Positions 26,996-39,996 of a stretch of DNA of 64,000 bases are shown here, one piece after another. A program made the position numbers and the translations under genes. Each line of letters begins with the position of its first letter. Within the stretch, counting starts at the first letter, position 1. Under the pieces are notes generated by a model that was given only the letters and a program-made list of their open reading frames with translations, did not search any database and was not told the origin of the DNA. The stretch spans positions 67,272,001-67,336,000 of the forward strand of contig CM052816.1 in NCBI GenBank assembly GCA_028534125.1, in the 5' to 3' direction. Source of the stretch: Lama glama. Lineage: Eukaryota.

Positions 26996-29669
26996 GGGGT
27001 GTTGTTTCTTCCATTTGGAATCTCATGGATAAGCCTCAGACACAGTGAGAACTGTGCATAGACAGAAACACAAGCATGAAGGGCAGGACATGTTATTGGT
27101 CCTACCTTCCACCCCTACCTGAGTGACGAAGGGTAGCAAGTGGACTGTTGGGTCAGTGCCTTGTGCTTTAGAAGACCCCCCAAAACACAGAGATTGTCTT
27201 TCTCTTTTTAGTCTTATAAGAAAATTTTTGGAAGTTTGATTGAGTGAAGGACAACTAAAGGAGAAGGAGGAATGGGCCACATAAGCCCCCCAAGGCCAGT
27301 GGACCAAGAGCCCTGTGGTGAGGTTGTGTCAGATGGCAGGGGAGGAGGAAGGAATAACAACTTCTGCCTTTCCTTTTGTTTAAGCTGAAACAATAAATTA
27401 CCGATTAGACATGTCTGGGCAGACTGATTTCCCAAAATAACCGCACACCCCCTCCCTCTCTTCTCCTCTGCTCCAGCAGTATCATTTTCAGAGTTGCTTA
27501 GATTGACTTGAAAAGCCCAAGGGAAAAAAATGAGGTGTAGTGGAGGAGAACGTGCCCTTCCCAGCTCTCCAGGAGCTTGACTCGATCCACAGTTCCATCC
27601 TGAGTCCAGATAGTTCCAGTGACCTGCCAGGAGTGCTAAGCATGGACCCAACTTCTACGGACCCCAGCAGAACCACAGCAGAACCACAGCACAGCCGGTT
27701 CATGGGAAGCAGGGCAGGTCCCCAGTGAGGCATCCTCCTGTAGCTTCCAGGAACAGGCTGCAGGGCTCCGACACAGGAAGCTGGCCAGGCTTTGGGCACA
27801 GTTTGGTTTATAGTTTTAAAATATTTAGACGTATGGTATATGCACACCTCCAGTTGTACTCTTGCCCTGAGTGCTTTAAATGTTAGGGGCAGACTGAAGG
27901 CAGTGTTTCCTCCTGTCATCACTAAATCCATCATTAGAGGGATGTTAATGAACCAGTTAGGTGGAAGGTAACCATCTCCTCCAAGCTACAGGCACACACC
28001 TAGCCAGGGAGGCAAAAAGAACAGAAGAACTGAGCAGAGAAAACTCTGCTAAAAAATAAACATCTTTCAAATAAATCAAGGTGCCTTCAGTCCTAGAAAT
28101 ATAAAATGTAGTTTCTCTGTATATCAATTAAAGGAATTCTATCTGAAGGGAAGAGAAAACAGATACAGAGTTCCAACCACAACCTTTATGGGAAAGGAAA
28201 TTGGATTTACATTAACATAATGTCCATAAAACTTTTTAAATTCAATCCTCTTTCATGTCTCATGGTCTTTATCTCAAAAAGGATGTGGTGGTCTGGTCAT
28301 TTCAGAAGGTATTTCAGGAGAAGCATATCTGATAAAGTCCTAGGAGGCCAGCAGCTTGGAAATTTTTATCTGCGGCTGTCTCGAACCACTGCCAATTTCT
28401 GTGCGAGATCCACCCTTCAGCAGGGAGGCTGACCACCCACGGTCCATTGTCCCCAGCCATTCTCTTCAACATTTCTGGTACAGATTCTCAGTTAGGAAAA
28501 AGCACTGCACAAAATATAATAAAATGTCTTTCTAGGGAAATACTCCAAGAAGGGAAAACAAGGATAGCAAAGCCAATCAGAAAGAATCATGTTAGCAAGA
28601 AAACCCCAGTCCTTCAGCCAAGAAAATAAGTGAACCCATGTGGTGGAGAGGAGAAGGGAGGGAAGCAAAGAGGGCAGTCACTCTAGACAGAGCTGGGTGC
28701 AGATTCAAGTGGCAGCTGTGGCCAGGGGACAGCGCAGGGTCTCGTCCCCCTCCTCAGCCACAGTGGAGACCCAGGACACACTCTCTCCCCTTCCTCAACT
28801 TCTGTGGCCTGATGCCCAACTCTATCTGTTTTGGGTTTTTTTTCCATCTCCAGCTTCATCCCCTACCTACAATGCAAACATATGAACATTTCTGCTAAAT
28901 GTCCACATGATGCACAGGGCATATCACAGGAAACGAATATATCCCAGGAACAAGGAAAGAAAGCAAGTCCAGAGCTTTAAAAAAAAAAAAAGTCACTCTC
29001 TGCATACAGGAAATGGTTTCAGAACAATCAGCATCCAACATTCCATACTTCCCCCTCAGAGCCCCCAGGCTCTTCTGAAAGGTCAGAAGAATACAAACCA
29101 GGTAGTATAAAGTCCTTTCCTTTCCTAAACAATGCAGTCTTTATAAACCTAATACTAGGTTTCTGAAGTGCTCTGTAAAATCCTGTTCCCTCCCAAAACA
29201 AGACTTCAAGAGTGCAGTAAAGCTCCCAGCCACAGGCTCCTTTTTTCATTCAAGGGTACATTTTCAGAACAAAAGGAGTGCTTTCCTCCAACACCCAGCT
29301 CTTCTTTAGCAGAAGGCAGGGCTTTCCTCCTCCACGAGGTCTCTCGGGGGCGCCCCTCCCTCCCAAACCCTACTTCTACCGCCTTGGATTGTAAATGGGA
29401 AGTTTCACAGTTGTCTCAGAACCCTTCCCACTTCCCTGACCAGACTGAAAGCTTGTTCAGAGTAAAAACTACTCCTCCCTGTCCCACCCACCCCTACCCC
29501 CACATATCCCTTGGCCCAGAGCTTTCCAGGGTCCAGGAGCTTCTGAATTAGCATTTACCACCTGACAGAACGGCTGACAGCTTACTCCCTCCTGGCAAAT
29601 GGGGCGTTTTCGGGTACTGTACTGAGCAGAGATGTGTGCTTCAAAGCAGCGCCACGTACTGAAAAACAC

Positions 29670-29830
29670 AGGTTCCAGAGTCTGCCAACCTAAATTCAGA
29701 TCCTGACTCTGCCACTCCTTGAAACTTAGGAAGTTGCTTTATCTGTCTGTGCTTGTTTCTCTGTCTGGAAAAATAGGAATAATAATACTTACTTTGTAAC
29801 ATAGCTACCACAGGAGTGAATTAAATGATA
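29670..29830 (+). mobile_element. MIR SINE
   Basis: ttcagatcctgactctgccactc...gtttctctgtctggaaaaataggaataataatacttac. Confidence 0.55.
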
Positions 29831-30540
29831 TACTTAACTGGATGGAGGGGAAAAAAATCATTCACTAGATATCCTGGAGAGATTTCAGTATTTTTTAAGA
29901 AATAATTTACCATATTAAGAAAATCAGGGATTAGAATAAGATGCCAAAGGACACAGGCAAGCAATAAAAAGAGGGTGAATGCCAATGAGGAGAGACCTTC
30001 GGAGTCAACAAGATGGAGTTGAACGACTCTCTCTGCATACAAGAAAAGAAGAGGAGCTTACATTTGGGGGCTGGAGAGGAGAACTGGGAGGGAGAGAAGC
30101 ATGCGTGGATGGATGCAACTGGGGAAACAGAATTCAAAGGACCCCTCATGGCAAAGTGCTTGAGAAACTTCATTCTTGGGGAAGAATGAACACATCAAAG
30201 AGCATCAGTAAGCTGTCTGTTGTAAGTGTGCAATATAAACCCCCTTTCCCATCTCTCCTTTGAAATCCTCAGTAACATCTACGCTGCTGACCCAAGTGGA
30301 TTCCTAGGGGACTTGAAGAGGGGTTTGGTCCTACCGCTAGGTGGTCTTGAGAGAAGCCAGAGGAGAGGGCCCCTGAGCTTCACAACCCAGAATTCCTTTA
30401 CCAAAATCAAAATGGATCTTATTACAGTTGATATATTTATATAACCTGCAGTAGTTTTTAATTTTTTTCCCAAAAATATTGTTCCAAAATCAATGTCATC
30501 TTATAATCAAGAAAATCCAATAATTAAGAAGTTTCTGGCC

Positions 30541-30679
30541 GGGGAGGGTATAGCTCAGTGGTAGAATGTGTGCTTAGCATGCACAAGGTCCTGGATTCTA
30601 TCCCTAGCACCTCCATTAAAAAGGATTTTTTTTAATAAAAAAAGAAACCTAATTAGCTCCTCCTCCAAAAAAAAAAAAA
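30541..30679 (+). mobile_element. tRNA-Ala-derived SINE (camelid Vic-1-like)
   Basis: ggggagggtatagctcagtggtagaa (A box), ttagcat loop, degenerate B box, acctaattagctcc tail and poly(A). TSDs aagaagtttctgg (30526-30538) / aagtagtttctgg (30678-30690) at a tt|aagaa site. Confidence 0.88.
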
Positions 30680-30944
30680 GTAGTTTCTGGTTCATAGAGG
30701 TACCTCATATGTGATATTTTTCTCTCCATCTTCTCCTCCATTTCCCCTGTAGATACAGCAGGAGAGTGAGTGATTTTATCCCACAAGGCTGAGAAGAGCT
30801 ACAAGAGGGATGGAAAGGAAGACTTGAGACCAGAAATCACATCAGATATTTGAAGTCATGGCTAGAGCCAACGCGGGCCCTTTCTCAGCAAGCAGGCTTG
30901 ATCCCTGCTGTTCCCATGGCTGCCACATCCCTATTACTCAACCC

Positions 30945-31260
30945 ACTATTTCTTCTATTCGGTTCCACAAACACTGTTTAATACCTCTTCCCTGGGTGTC
31001 ATGGGAACCCCCCAGATGAATAAAGTATTCCTTTGCCCTGAAGGAGATTATGAGGTGGATGGACATAGTATGTACAAAAATAACTAGGCAGTCTAGCTGA
31101 ATGTGCAAAGAAAGGGTAAAGGGGACAGTGGGTGTCCAGAAAAATGAGACAAGACACCAGTTTGGTGGAATCAAGAAAGGCTCCATGGAGGAGATGGCAT
31201 TTAAGATGGACGTTGGGGCTGGGTACAATTTTGATATGCAGATTTGGGAGTAGAGAGAAC
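30945..31260 (-). mobile_element. L2 fragment
   Basis: ggaatcaagaaaggctccatggaggagatggcatttaagatggac is typical of antisense L2. Confidence 0.5.
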
Positions 31261-31435
31261 ATTCTAACACATCATGATCCAATTTTAACACCGGCCCTCC
31301 TCTGCCAGCCAGGGCCCAGGCAGGCCTCTCAGGTTTTATTGGATTCTTGTGCAACTCTCACCTCAGAACCTTAGCTCTGTTTCTGTTTTCTTATCACCTA
31401 CAGATCAGAAGCAGAGCACAAACTACACAGCTCGA

Positions 31436-32575
31436 TGGCCATCATCAAAAAGTCTACAAATTATAAATGCTGGAGAGGGTGTGGAGAAAAGGGAGCCCTC
31501 CTACGCTGTTGGTGGGAATGTAAATTGGTACAGCCACTATGGAAACTAAAAATAGAGCTTCTATATGGTACAGAAATCCCACTCCAGAAAAGATGAAAAC
31601 TCTAATTCAAAAAGATACATAAATCCCAGTGTTCAGAGCAGCACTATTTGCAATAGCCAAGACATGGAAGCAACCTAAGTGTCCATCAACAGATGAATGG
31701 ATAAAGAAGATGTGGTATATTTATACAATGGAATACTACTCAGCCATAAAAACTGACAACATAACGCCATTTGCAGCAACATGGATGCTCCTGGAGAATG
31801 TCATTCTAAGTGAAGTAAGCCAGAAAGAGAAAGAAAAATACCATATGAGATAGCTCATATGTGGAATCTAAAAAAAAAAACAAAAAAAAACAAACAAACA
31901 AAGCCTAAATACAAAACAGAAATAGACTCACAGACATAGAATACAAACTTGTGGTTGTCAAGGGGGCGGGGGTGGGAAGAGACAGACTAGGATTTCAAAA
32001 CTGTAGAATAGATAAACAAGATTATACTGTATAGCACAGGGAAATATATACAAGATCTTATGGTAGCTCACAGAGAAAAAAGTGTGACAATGAATACATA
32101 TATGTTCATGTATAATTGAAAAATTGTGCTCTACACTAGAATTTGACACAAAATTGTAGAATGATTATAAATCAATAAAAAATGTTTAAAAAATGAAATT
32201 TTGCCATCTGCAGCAACATGGAGAGCATCATGCTAAGTGAAGTAAGTCAGACAAAGACAAATATTATATGACATCATATGTGGAATCTAAAAAACAATAC
32301 AAATGAACCTATATACAAAACAGAAACAGACATAGAAAACAAACTTATGGTCACCAAAGGGGAAAAAAAGGGGAGGGATAAATTAGGAGTATGGGATTAA
32401 CAGATACACACTACTATACATTAAATAGATAAACAACAGGGATTTTCTGCATAGCACAAAGACCTATATTCAATATCTTGTAATAACCTGAAATATATAT
32501 ATATATATATTTTTGAATCACTTTGCTATATACCTGAAACTAATACAGTATTGTAAATCAACCATATTTCAATAA
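31436..32575 (+). mobile_element. Composite L1: ORF2 C-terminus plus two successive, different 3' ends
   Basis: ORF2 C-terminal peptide AALFAIAKTWKQPKCPSTDEWIKKMWYIYTMEYYSAIK. The first 3' UTR ends AATAAA/A-tract at 32174-32193. A second ORF2-end/3' UTR copy spans 32194-32575. Confidence 0.92.
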
Positions 32576-32576
32576 G

Positions 32577-32602
32577 CACACACACACACACACACACACA
32601 CA
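32577..32602. repeat. (CA)n microsatellite at the L1 tail
   Basis: About 13 CA units. Confidence 0.9.
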
Positions 32603-33409
32603 TATCTCAAAACACACAAGACACCCCCAGACTATAGCACTTCTCTGGGATCACTCAGCTCTTCTCTTCTGGTTGTGTCTTTCCTATCTTTCTTTCTATC
32701 ATGTCTCATTCTTGTCTCTAAACTTGTTCTCTCAAAGCATTCCTTGTATCTAAGATGCTTCCATCTGCTCCTCATCCACCAATAACCTTTATTCAAAGTT
32801 GCCTGAGACCATCAGGAAAATTTACCACCTATCCAAAAAAGAAAGAGTAGCTTTCCCCACTGGGACACACTCTAACCAAATCATCCCCTTTCTCTTTCAG
32901 GATTTTGTAAAATAATTTTACCCCTTTCACTATGAGAACATTTTGTTCCTAACCAGTTTGTTTATGCTCTGTATCTGTATTTACACAATCACTGATGTGT
33001 TTATTTTTCCTGTTTATTTATCCCCTAAAACAAATCTAAATGAGGTGGCTATCACATGTGCCTGCAGGGCTGAGACCAGACTTGTTCCACGTGGTTTGCA
33101 TGGTGCCCAGGACAGAGCAATGAAAAGAAAACTACTCCATTAACACTGTCTAATGTTTGTGGACTGACAGTAAATATTAATTTAATATTTTCTAAAGCTT
33201 CTATTCTTTGCAACAAACTCCAGCCATTTGGCAGAGCTTCAGGAGGTGGATCAGAAGTACCGTCCTCATATTCAAATCAGGAAACCAAGCACAAAGAGGT
33301 GGGGAGACTCCTTCAAAGCTGCATAGTCTGGTGGCAAAAGACTGCTAACTGCAGATTCTGCCTGCCAGCCCAAGGAGCAGAGTGACACAGTCAGCACAGT
33401 GACACAGAG

Positions 33410-33600
33410 CAAAGCTGAACCTGGATTCTAATCTGGGCTCCTCTTCTGAAAACTTCTATGAATGTGGACAAGTGGGTTAGCCTCTCCAAATCTCAGTTTT
33501 ATACACTTGATAGGGATACACTTAGGATTAAAGGAGATAACGAAAGCACCTCGAAGAAGTCTTGCTAAATAGTATGTGCTCATCAAATATTAGTTCTTTC
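33410..33600 (+). mobile_element. MIR SINE
   Basis: cctggattctaatctgggctc...ggacaagtgggttagcctctccaaatctcagttt...aggattaaaggagataac...gtgctcatcaaatattag. Confidence 0.55.
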
Positions 33601-35199
33601 TTCTTCTTTCCTTCTTGACCTTATGAGAAATTCTGGAGACCAAAAGACGTGCCATTTAGGAGAAAAGAGATCAAAATTGGAAGATGGTCCCATTTAGGAA
33701 CTCCTGGGAGCCCCAAACAGAGCTGTGGCATGAATACTCACAGGAAATCTGGAGCCGTGAGCTAGAACCAAAATAGTCCTTACTCATCTGGGGCTGGGAC
33801 CACTGCTCATGATTTACCTCTAGAATCACTGTCTTTTCTCTCCTCTGGACCCTTGATGATGGTAGATGTGGACAGACAGTAGATGCTGGTGGTAACCTAG
33901 AAGAAAAGTGTTTTCTAAATAAGAAAAATCACCTAAAGATTGGTCCTCTCTCTGTGCATCCATCCCATCCCCATCAGCATCCCCACGATCCTCATGCCGT
34001 GAAATGTGTGAGCATCAGGCCAGCCTCAGTCAGGGTGGGCAGGGTGAGCTCAGCTTCTGAAGGGGCAACGCTCTCAAGCACAGCACAACAATTAGTATGG
34101 CTGGCACATCTTGAGGTTCCACAATTGAATTTGACAGGAAACTGCCAAATGCAAAGTTATTGTGGCTGTTCCATGCCTGAGACCAGAAGCCAGCAACCAA
34201 CCACACCCTGCCTTCTTCGATGGAAGCATACCGCTTCCTGCCTTTCTCTAGACTAGTGACTAATAACAGAAGACAAAGAGGCTTCAAAGATAATCCATTA
34301 CATCAAAAGCGTCTAAGCCCAAATCAGGTGCTTCCAAGCCCTGTGTTCTCAGCATATGTTCTGGTGCTGGTTTTCTCTGGCCAAGCTTGTGAAATCAATA
34401 AACACAGAGGGATTTCCCAGGCTCTAAGATTGGATATTAACAACATGTATGTTGCCTTCTGCAGTAGGTTGAAGTCCTTGTGAATCAGGCTCATCTTCTT
34501 TGAAAACACAGCAAGAAGAGTATTCGACTAGTCACAGGAAAGACAATGGAATTCAAACCACAGAATGAGAAGTCCTTTGGTAATGTATCTTGGAGAACTC
34601 TCAACTCTGATTCAAAGTTTTACTTATTTTGACTAGAGATGAGGGTTAGCCATTATCACTTCATCATTGTACCCTGCATGGATTCCAAAGAAAATAAAGC
34701 AGAAATTCAGTACAATGAGATTTTTTTTTTCAAATCTGGTCTTCTGTGAAAAATAAATAACATGGTATCACAATAGGAATGAGTGTTTCTAGAGATTTTG
34801 ATTACTTTGGATCCATGGTCTGAAGTCTTTACATTCCACAGGAAGGCTCTCTTACACTGTGAAATCTTCTAATTTGGTGTGACAGAACCATATACAGGGA
34901 AACCTATCAAGGAATGTTATCTAGCTTCTTGGCTTACTTCAAATATGTAGATTATTCATTCCTTCTCCCCAGTTCTCCTCATTCCTTGGGTTAATATCTT
35001 TTAACTGCCTAAAAATCGATAGAGCGGTTTACTAGACTCTCTCTCAGTGACATGATCAGAAAGGAATTTTCTTAGCTGGAGTGCCTCAAATATCTAATGA
35101 TGCTGGATGCTCTAGCCGTCCCCTCCAGTGATGCTCACAAACTGAAGAAGACTCAGACCCTTTCCCCTTAGCTGCAAGCCAAGCCCTAGGTAAAAATGA

Positions 35200-35600
35200 T
35201 ATTCTGACATGGTCCCCCTCCTGCACCAGCCCACTGCCATCATGTAAGTTCAAGCCCTCCTCATCTCTCACCTAGTCTCTTGCACTAGCCTCCTATTTGG
35301 AAGCCCCACATCTCATTTCTCCCTAATGCAATCTAACCTTCACCAGTTTTTGATTAAACGTTTTAAACTCAGCTCTGATTGGGTCAACTGTACTGCAAAG
35401 AACCCTCCATGGACTCACCCCTACTGAACTGAACTATGGATTCCTCAACAGCCATTCAAGGCCCCACATGACCTGACCCCAGTCCACCCCTCCGTTCCCA
35501 TCTCCTTCTGCCTCCTAAAGCTACCTCCAGCCAATGTGGACTACTCACAGTTTCTTAACACAGCGTCTGTGAGTATGCTTTTGTGACTACTCATTTGTCC
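35200..35600 (+). mobile_element. L2 fragment
   Basis: tcaagccctcctcatctctcacctag...tagcctcct...cattcaaggccccacatgacctgacccc is typical L2 sense sequence. Confidence 0.5.
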
Positions 35601-35811
35601 AGAGTCCCATCTCAAATCATGCCAAATCAATAAAAGCTAGATATGACCTAAGAAATGCTGTATTCCATTGGACCTTCACTCTGGCCCATTCTTTTCTTTA
35701 AAATCACCCTGACAACCCATTCTTCCTATGTGGTTGCTTGTTTGTTCATCTGCCTTTGACAATTCTGCTCCCCAATCTAATCTTTGAGCTGCCATCTTGG
35801 ATCTAATAGGT

Positions 35812-36165
35812 TGTCACAAGTTAGGCTGTGTCTCCCCTACAAAAAGATATATTGAAGTCCTAATCTCCAGTACCTCAGAATGCAATCTTATTTGGAAATA
35901 GGATCTTTACAAGGGTAATCAAGTTAAAATAAGGTCATTAGGGTGGGTCTTAATCCAATATGACTGATGTCCTTAGAAAAAGGCAAAATTTGGACCTAAA
36001 GACAGAACAGAGGGAAGATGATGTAAAGAAACACAGTAAAAGATAGCCCTGCAAATGAAGAGATCCGTCCATCAGCCAAGGCACACCAAGGATTGCCAGA
36101 AAACACCGGAAGCTAGAAGAGGTAAGGAAGGATTCTGCCTCAGAGCCATCATAGAGAGCATGTCT
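35812..36165 (+). mobile_element. MaLR LTR (MLT1B/C-like)
   Basis: gaagtcctaatctccagtacctcagaatgcaatcttatttggaaatagg...gtaatcaagttaaaataaggtcattagggtgggtcttaatccaatatgactgatgtcctt. Confidence 0.8.
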
Positions 36166-36309
36166 GAGACGTGAGACAAGGTCCCTGTTACCCATTCACA
36201 CCAGTCAGTATTTGTTCCAATCTCTGCAGTGCCACCATGGAAAACATATGGCCTGGCCTAAAGTACATTAATAACCCAGAAAGCTGTACTTGATTGACTA
36301 TCTGTCACA

Positions 36310-36490
36310 TGGTGCATATTCTGCTATGCCCATCATATATACGATCTCAAATTTTCCCCGCTACTCTACAGCATGAGTGGTAATATTTCCATTTTAAAAA
36401 CAAAGAAGATAGGCATTGAAGAGACAATATGAGTTGCCCAAAGTTGTACAGATTTGAGCCCTAGTTTATCTGATTCTAAATTCTGTTCTT
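36310..36490 (-). mobile_element. MIR SINE fragment
   Basis: ccattttaaaaacaaagaagataggc...gagttgcccaaagttgtacag...tttgagccctag...tctgattctaaa. Confidence 0.45.
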
Positions 36491-37229
36491 TTCTGAATAG
36501 TGTTTCGGAGGTGCCTAAGATGACGATCTCCCATGCTTGCATCATTCCAGTTCCTCAGGTTTCACCATCTTGTGTAACAGATGAGTAGGAACTCAATTTC
36601 ACTAACTTTTGCTCCCACCTGAATGGCACAAGCCCTCCAGCCTCCTGTCAGTCTCCCCAGTTATTTCTGATAGAACTCAGGGGATGTCTCGAGCACTCAC
36701 AAATAACCTGCACCATCTTCTCCTCTAAACCCCATCACAGCCACTCCTGGAAGACCTTGGGAAGACAGTGATGTGGGTTTGATGCATTTGCCCATGCCAA
36801 GGCCCTCTGACAGCATGCCTGAGGCATGGCTGCCTCTGTCTTCCCAGCAGCCCTCACCAAGCCGAAACCACGCTGAGTTCTGAGCAGCAGCTCGGAGAAG
36901 AGCTTTTTCCCTGTCATGTGTGTTGGGCCCCAAAGAAACACCACTCAAACCTCTGTGTCTCACAAAGTCCCTCCCAAAACAAGCTCATCATCTGACTGCA
37001 GCCCTCTTTATATAAAAGTCCCTTTCATTTGCTTATCACACTCCTTACCACTCTCTCCTGCCCGGTCTTCAAGATCCTTACCTTCCTGTATCCATCAACT
37101 GACCCAATTCCCTGCCAATAGGTTGCCAGAGCCACCCTAGCAGAAGAAAACACTGAGACATGTGGATCATCTGAACCCTGGACCAGAGCAAACTGGAATG
37201 AACCCAAATGTTTATACAGTGTGTGCAAC

Positions 37230-37430
37230 TGACATGCCTTTCACATTCATTATCACATTTGGTCTTCACAGTAATTCTCAGAGGAAGTGATATCATTCTT
37301 TTGTTACAGAAGAAAAACCTAAGACTTGAAAAGTGAAGTGGCTTGTCCAGTGATGCTAATAAATGGAGCATCCAGGACTGAAACCAGGGTGTTTATGCCT
37401 TAGTCCAGGGCTAGTTTCTCTCCACCACGC
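37230..37430 (-). mobile_element. MIR SINE
   Basis: ttcacattcattatcacatttggtcttcacagtaattctc...ttacagaagaaaaacctaagac...gtgaagtggcttgtcca. Confidence 0.55.
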
Positions 37431-39359
37431 GCAGAGAAGGAAGGGGCCGGGGGGAAACAAGCATATGGAGCGCCTTGAAGTCTGACGCCGCCCTTGGGCT
37501 TGAACAGACCGCTGGAGGTTTCAGAGATGGCAGAACTCTTACGGGGGGAAAGCAGTAACTCAACCCCTCCTCCTCCCGGAACAGTAAGTGTGCCTGTCTG
37601 CCCGGGACAAGCAGGCATTCAAGGAGAGAGACAGACAGAAGCTCAGCCACAGAAAACCTGCTGTGCATGTGGGAGGAATATGAGGAGAGAAGCTTTTCCC
37701 TCTTTATAGGACCAGCCTCAGGGGTCATCTATCTCCTCCAAAGTGTAAACTAGACAAGCCAGAACAGGCCCAGAACCCAGCTGAGCAAAGAAGCTTAAGG
37801 GAAAAAAAAAAGAAAAAACAATAAAGACTGTGGGCTGGGTCTTTTATAAGTTAAAAAAATTTTTTTGGCTCTCCATTCAGGCTAAAGGCTTGTTTTCCAT
37901 GTTCACTAAAATAGAATATGGCAAAGATAATAAATATATAAAGAATAAAATGCTTTATCTGGAGACTGCAAGCTTCCTCCAAATTAAACTCAGTGTGGTA
38001 GGGTATAAAGAGCCCTTTATATAAACTCTTGTGGTTTAAGCTTCTCCAAGAAAATCATTTCCCAAGTCTGATTGATACTCTGCTCTTGTAGACAGAGAGA
38101 CAAGACTGTGGTCCCAGAAGTGCCAGATGGAAGAGGGGGAGAAAAAGGGCTTCTCAGCCTCAGGTCGGAGCCGAGAGTTGAGGGCAACCCAGTCTCTTGT
38201 AAACTCCCCTCTGGAAAAGCCAAGGGGTGTGTTAAGCAGAGGCTGTGTGCCTGAATTTAAATTTCAGGCCAAAATGCACAACTCAAAAGAAGAGCAGGCA
38301 TTTTCTTCAGCGTGGTCTCTACCACGTCTATGGGATTATCACAGGACGTGTGTGCACACCCAGAACACCCCACTGTAAGCCTCCTCCTGGCCCAGCTGGC
38401 TGAGGAAGTGGGGGACTGGACATTCCACGAGTGTTTTGTTTACTGCAGTGTGCCCAGGACTCAGCGAGCTCATGGCAGATTGCTGGTGCCCAATAAATAA
38501 ACAGTGAACGAGTAGGTGAACAAGGAGATCAGCAAACTCACCTCGTGTCCCTATGTCCTTCTTCTGCCCCCCCCCCGTTTCCCAATAATCCGAGAGCCAG
38601 TTTAGGATCCCATACAGATAATGGCTGAGAGGAACTTCAAAAGGATAATTTGATTCATAAAATGCAACTTCCCTGAAAAGCTTTGAGACTACCAACTCAA
38701 CATGAAGCACAAAACGCTCAACCACCAGGGAACCAAATTTCCTAGCCAGTAAAGTGTCTCCATCGTTCTAAGGGTATTATTTGATTTTTGATACAACAAA
38801 CTGATAGAATCTTCTTCCATCAAAATATTCCAAGTAGTATTGACTGCCGATACTTCTAGAGCAGCCCAGCAATTAAAAAAAGAATAAGTAGCCTCTTTGA
38901 ATGTACCTGTTTCTGCCCTTCATCATTCCCCAGTCACTGGTGCTTAAAATATTAGCGCCCACATTAATGCCATTGTTTCTTCTGAGGCCAAATGCAATTG
39001 ACCCACTGGCTGGTCTTTCCTTTGTATCACCTTTCATTCATCCCCACATCTGTGATACTCATCTACCTGATCTGGCTGCTCTCCAGACTCACCCCTTCCA
39101 CCCATCTAACGCGTCCCTGCTGAATTTATGCTCAAAAAAGACAATCTGAGCCCCGTTACCTTTCAAACTTAATCTCCTGACGCTTCGCATGAAGAGAGCC
39201 TGCTGTGGTCATCATAGACTTTGGGGTGTCCCCAAACATACTAGGAACATTTTGGCCTATGCTACATGGCTGCACGGCTCCCTACCACCACCCTGACTGT
39301 CCCTTCACTTTCTCTTTACTGGCTGATGTCACATTTATGTGGTGAAATTGGAGAAGGTT

Positions 39360-39530
39360 TAGGATTTGAAGTCATACATTAGCTGTGTGGTCTTTGGAAG
39401 GTTACTCAGCTGTGCATTGGTTTCCTTGGCTGTAAAATTAGAAGAGTAAAAATCATGATAATATACCACAGGATTGTCATGGGGATTAAACAAAGCATCG
39501 CTGTAAATTCTGATTACAGGGCCTGCCACT
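39360..39530 (+). mobile_element. MIR SINE
   Basis: tagctgtgtggtctttggaaggttactc...tttccttggctgtaaaatt...ggattgtcatggggattaaa. Confidence 0.55.
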
Positions 39531-39949
39531 CAAGGATACACAAGTTGTTCATCTCATTCTCTTTCTTTGAGCCTCTGCTTCTTTACCGGTAAGATGCGGA
39601 TACAAATAACATCCTGCTTGAAGGATTTCATGGTCATCAGGTGGGATGTTGTGACCATCTTCCCGGCCTGACTCACAGGAGCCCTCACCCGGATACCTTC
39701 CCCAAGTGCCTCCGTCTGCGGCCACGCCTGCTGCCTTGGCCACCTCACAGGAATTTAGCACAGACTGTCTTGAGATTTGGGGCTGTAGCTGTGCTGGGGT
39801 TTGTTTTGGCTTTGTCATCCACTCTCACCTTTCTCATCTGACCACAAGCCCCTGAGCCAGGAATTATGTCTTCTAGCCGCTCAATTTCCCTAGAGCCTAC
39901 CGCACAGAAGGGACTCAATCATTATTGCCCAGGGTGGCCACTGCTGCCA

Positions 39950-39996
39950 GGGACAGGGATGGGGACGGGGATGGGGATAGGGGATGGGGACGGGGG
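39950..39996 (+). repeat. (GGGGAY)n G-rich minirepeat
   Basis: gggacagggatggggacggggatggggataggggatggggacggggg. Confidence 0.85.

Noticed and set aside
30541..30615. tRNA-Ala(AGC) gene (also at 58586-58660)
   Set aside because: The B box/T-arm is degenerate, and the sequence has a SINE-specific tail, poly(A) and TSDs. These are tRNA-derived SINEs.
31349..31853. ORFs of 66 and 74 aa as host genes
   Set aside because: They are fragments of the L1 ORF2 C-terminus with no upstream endonuclease or RT domains.
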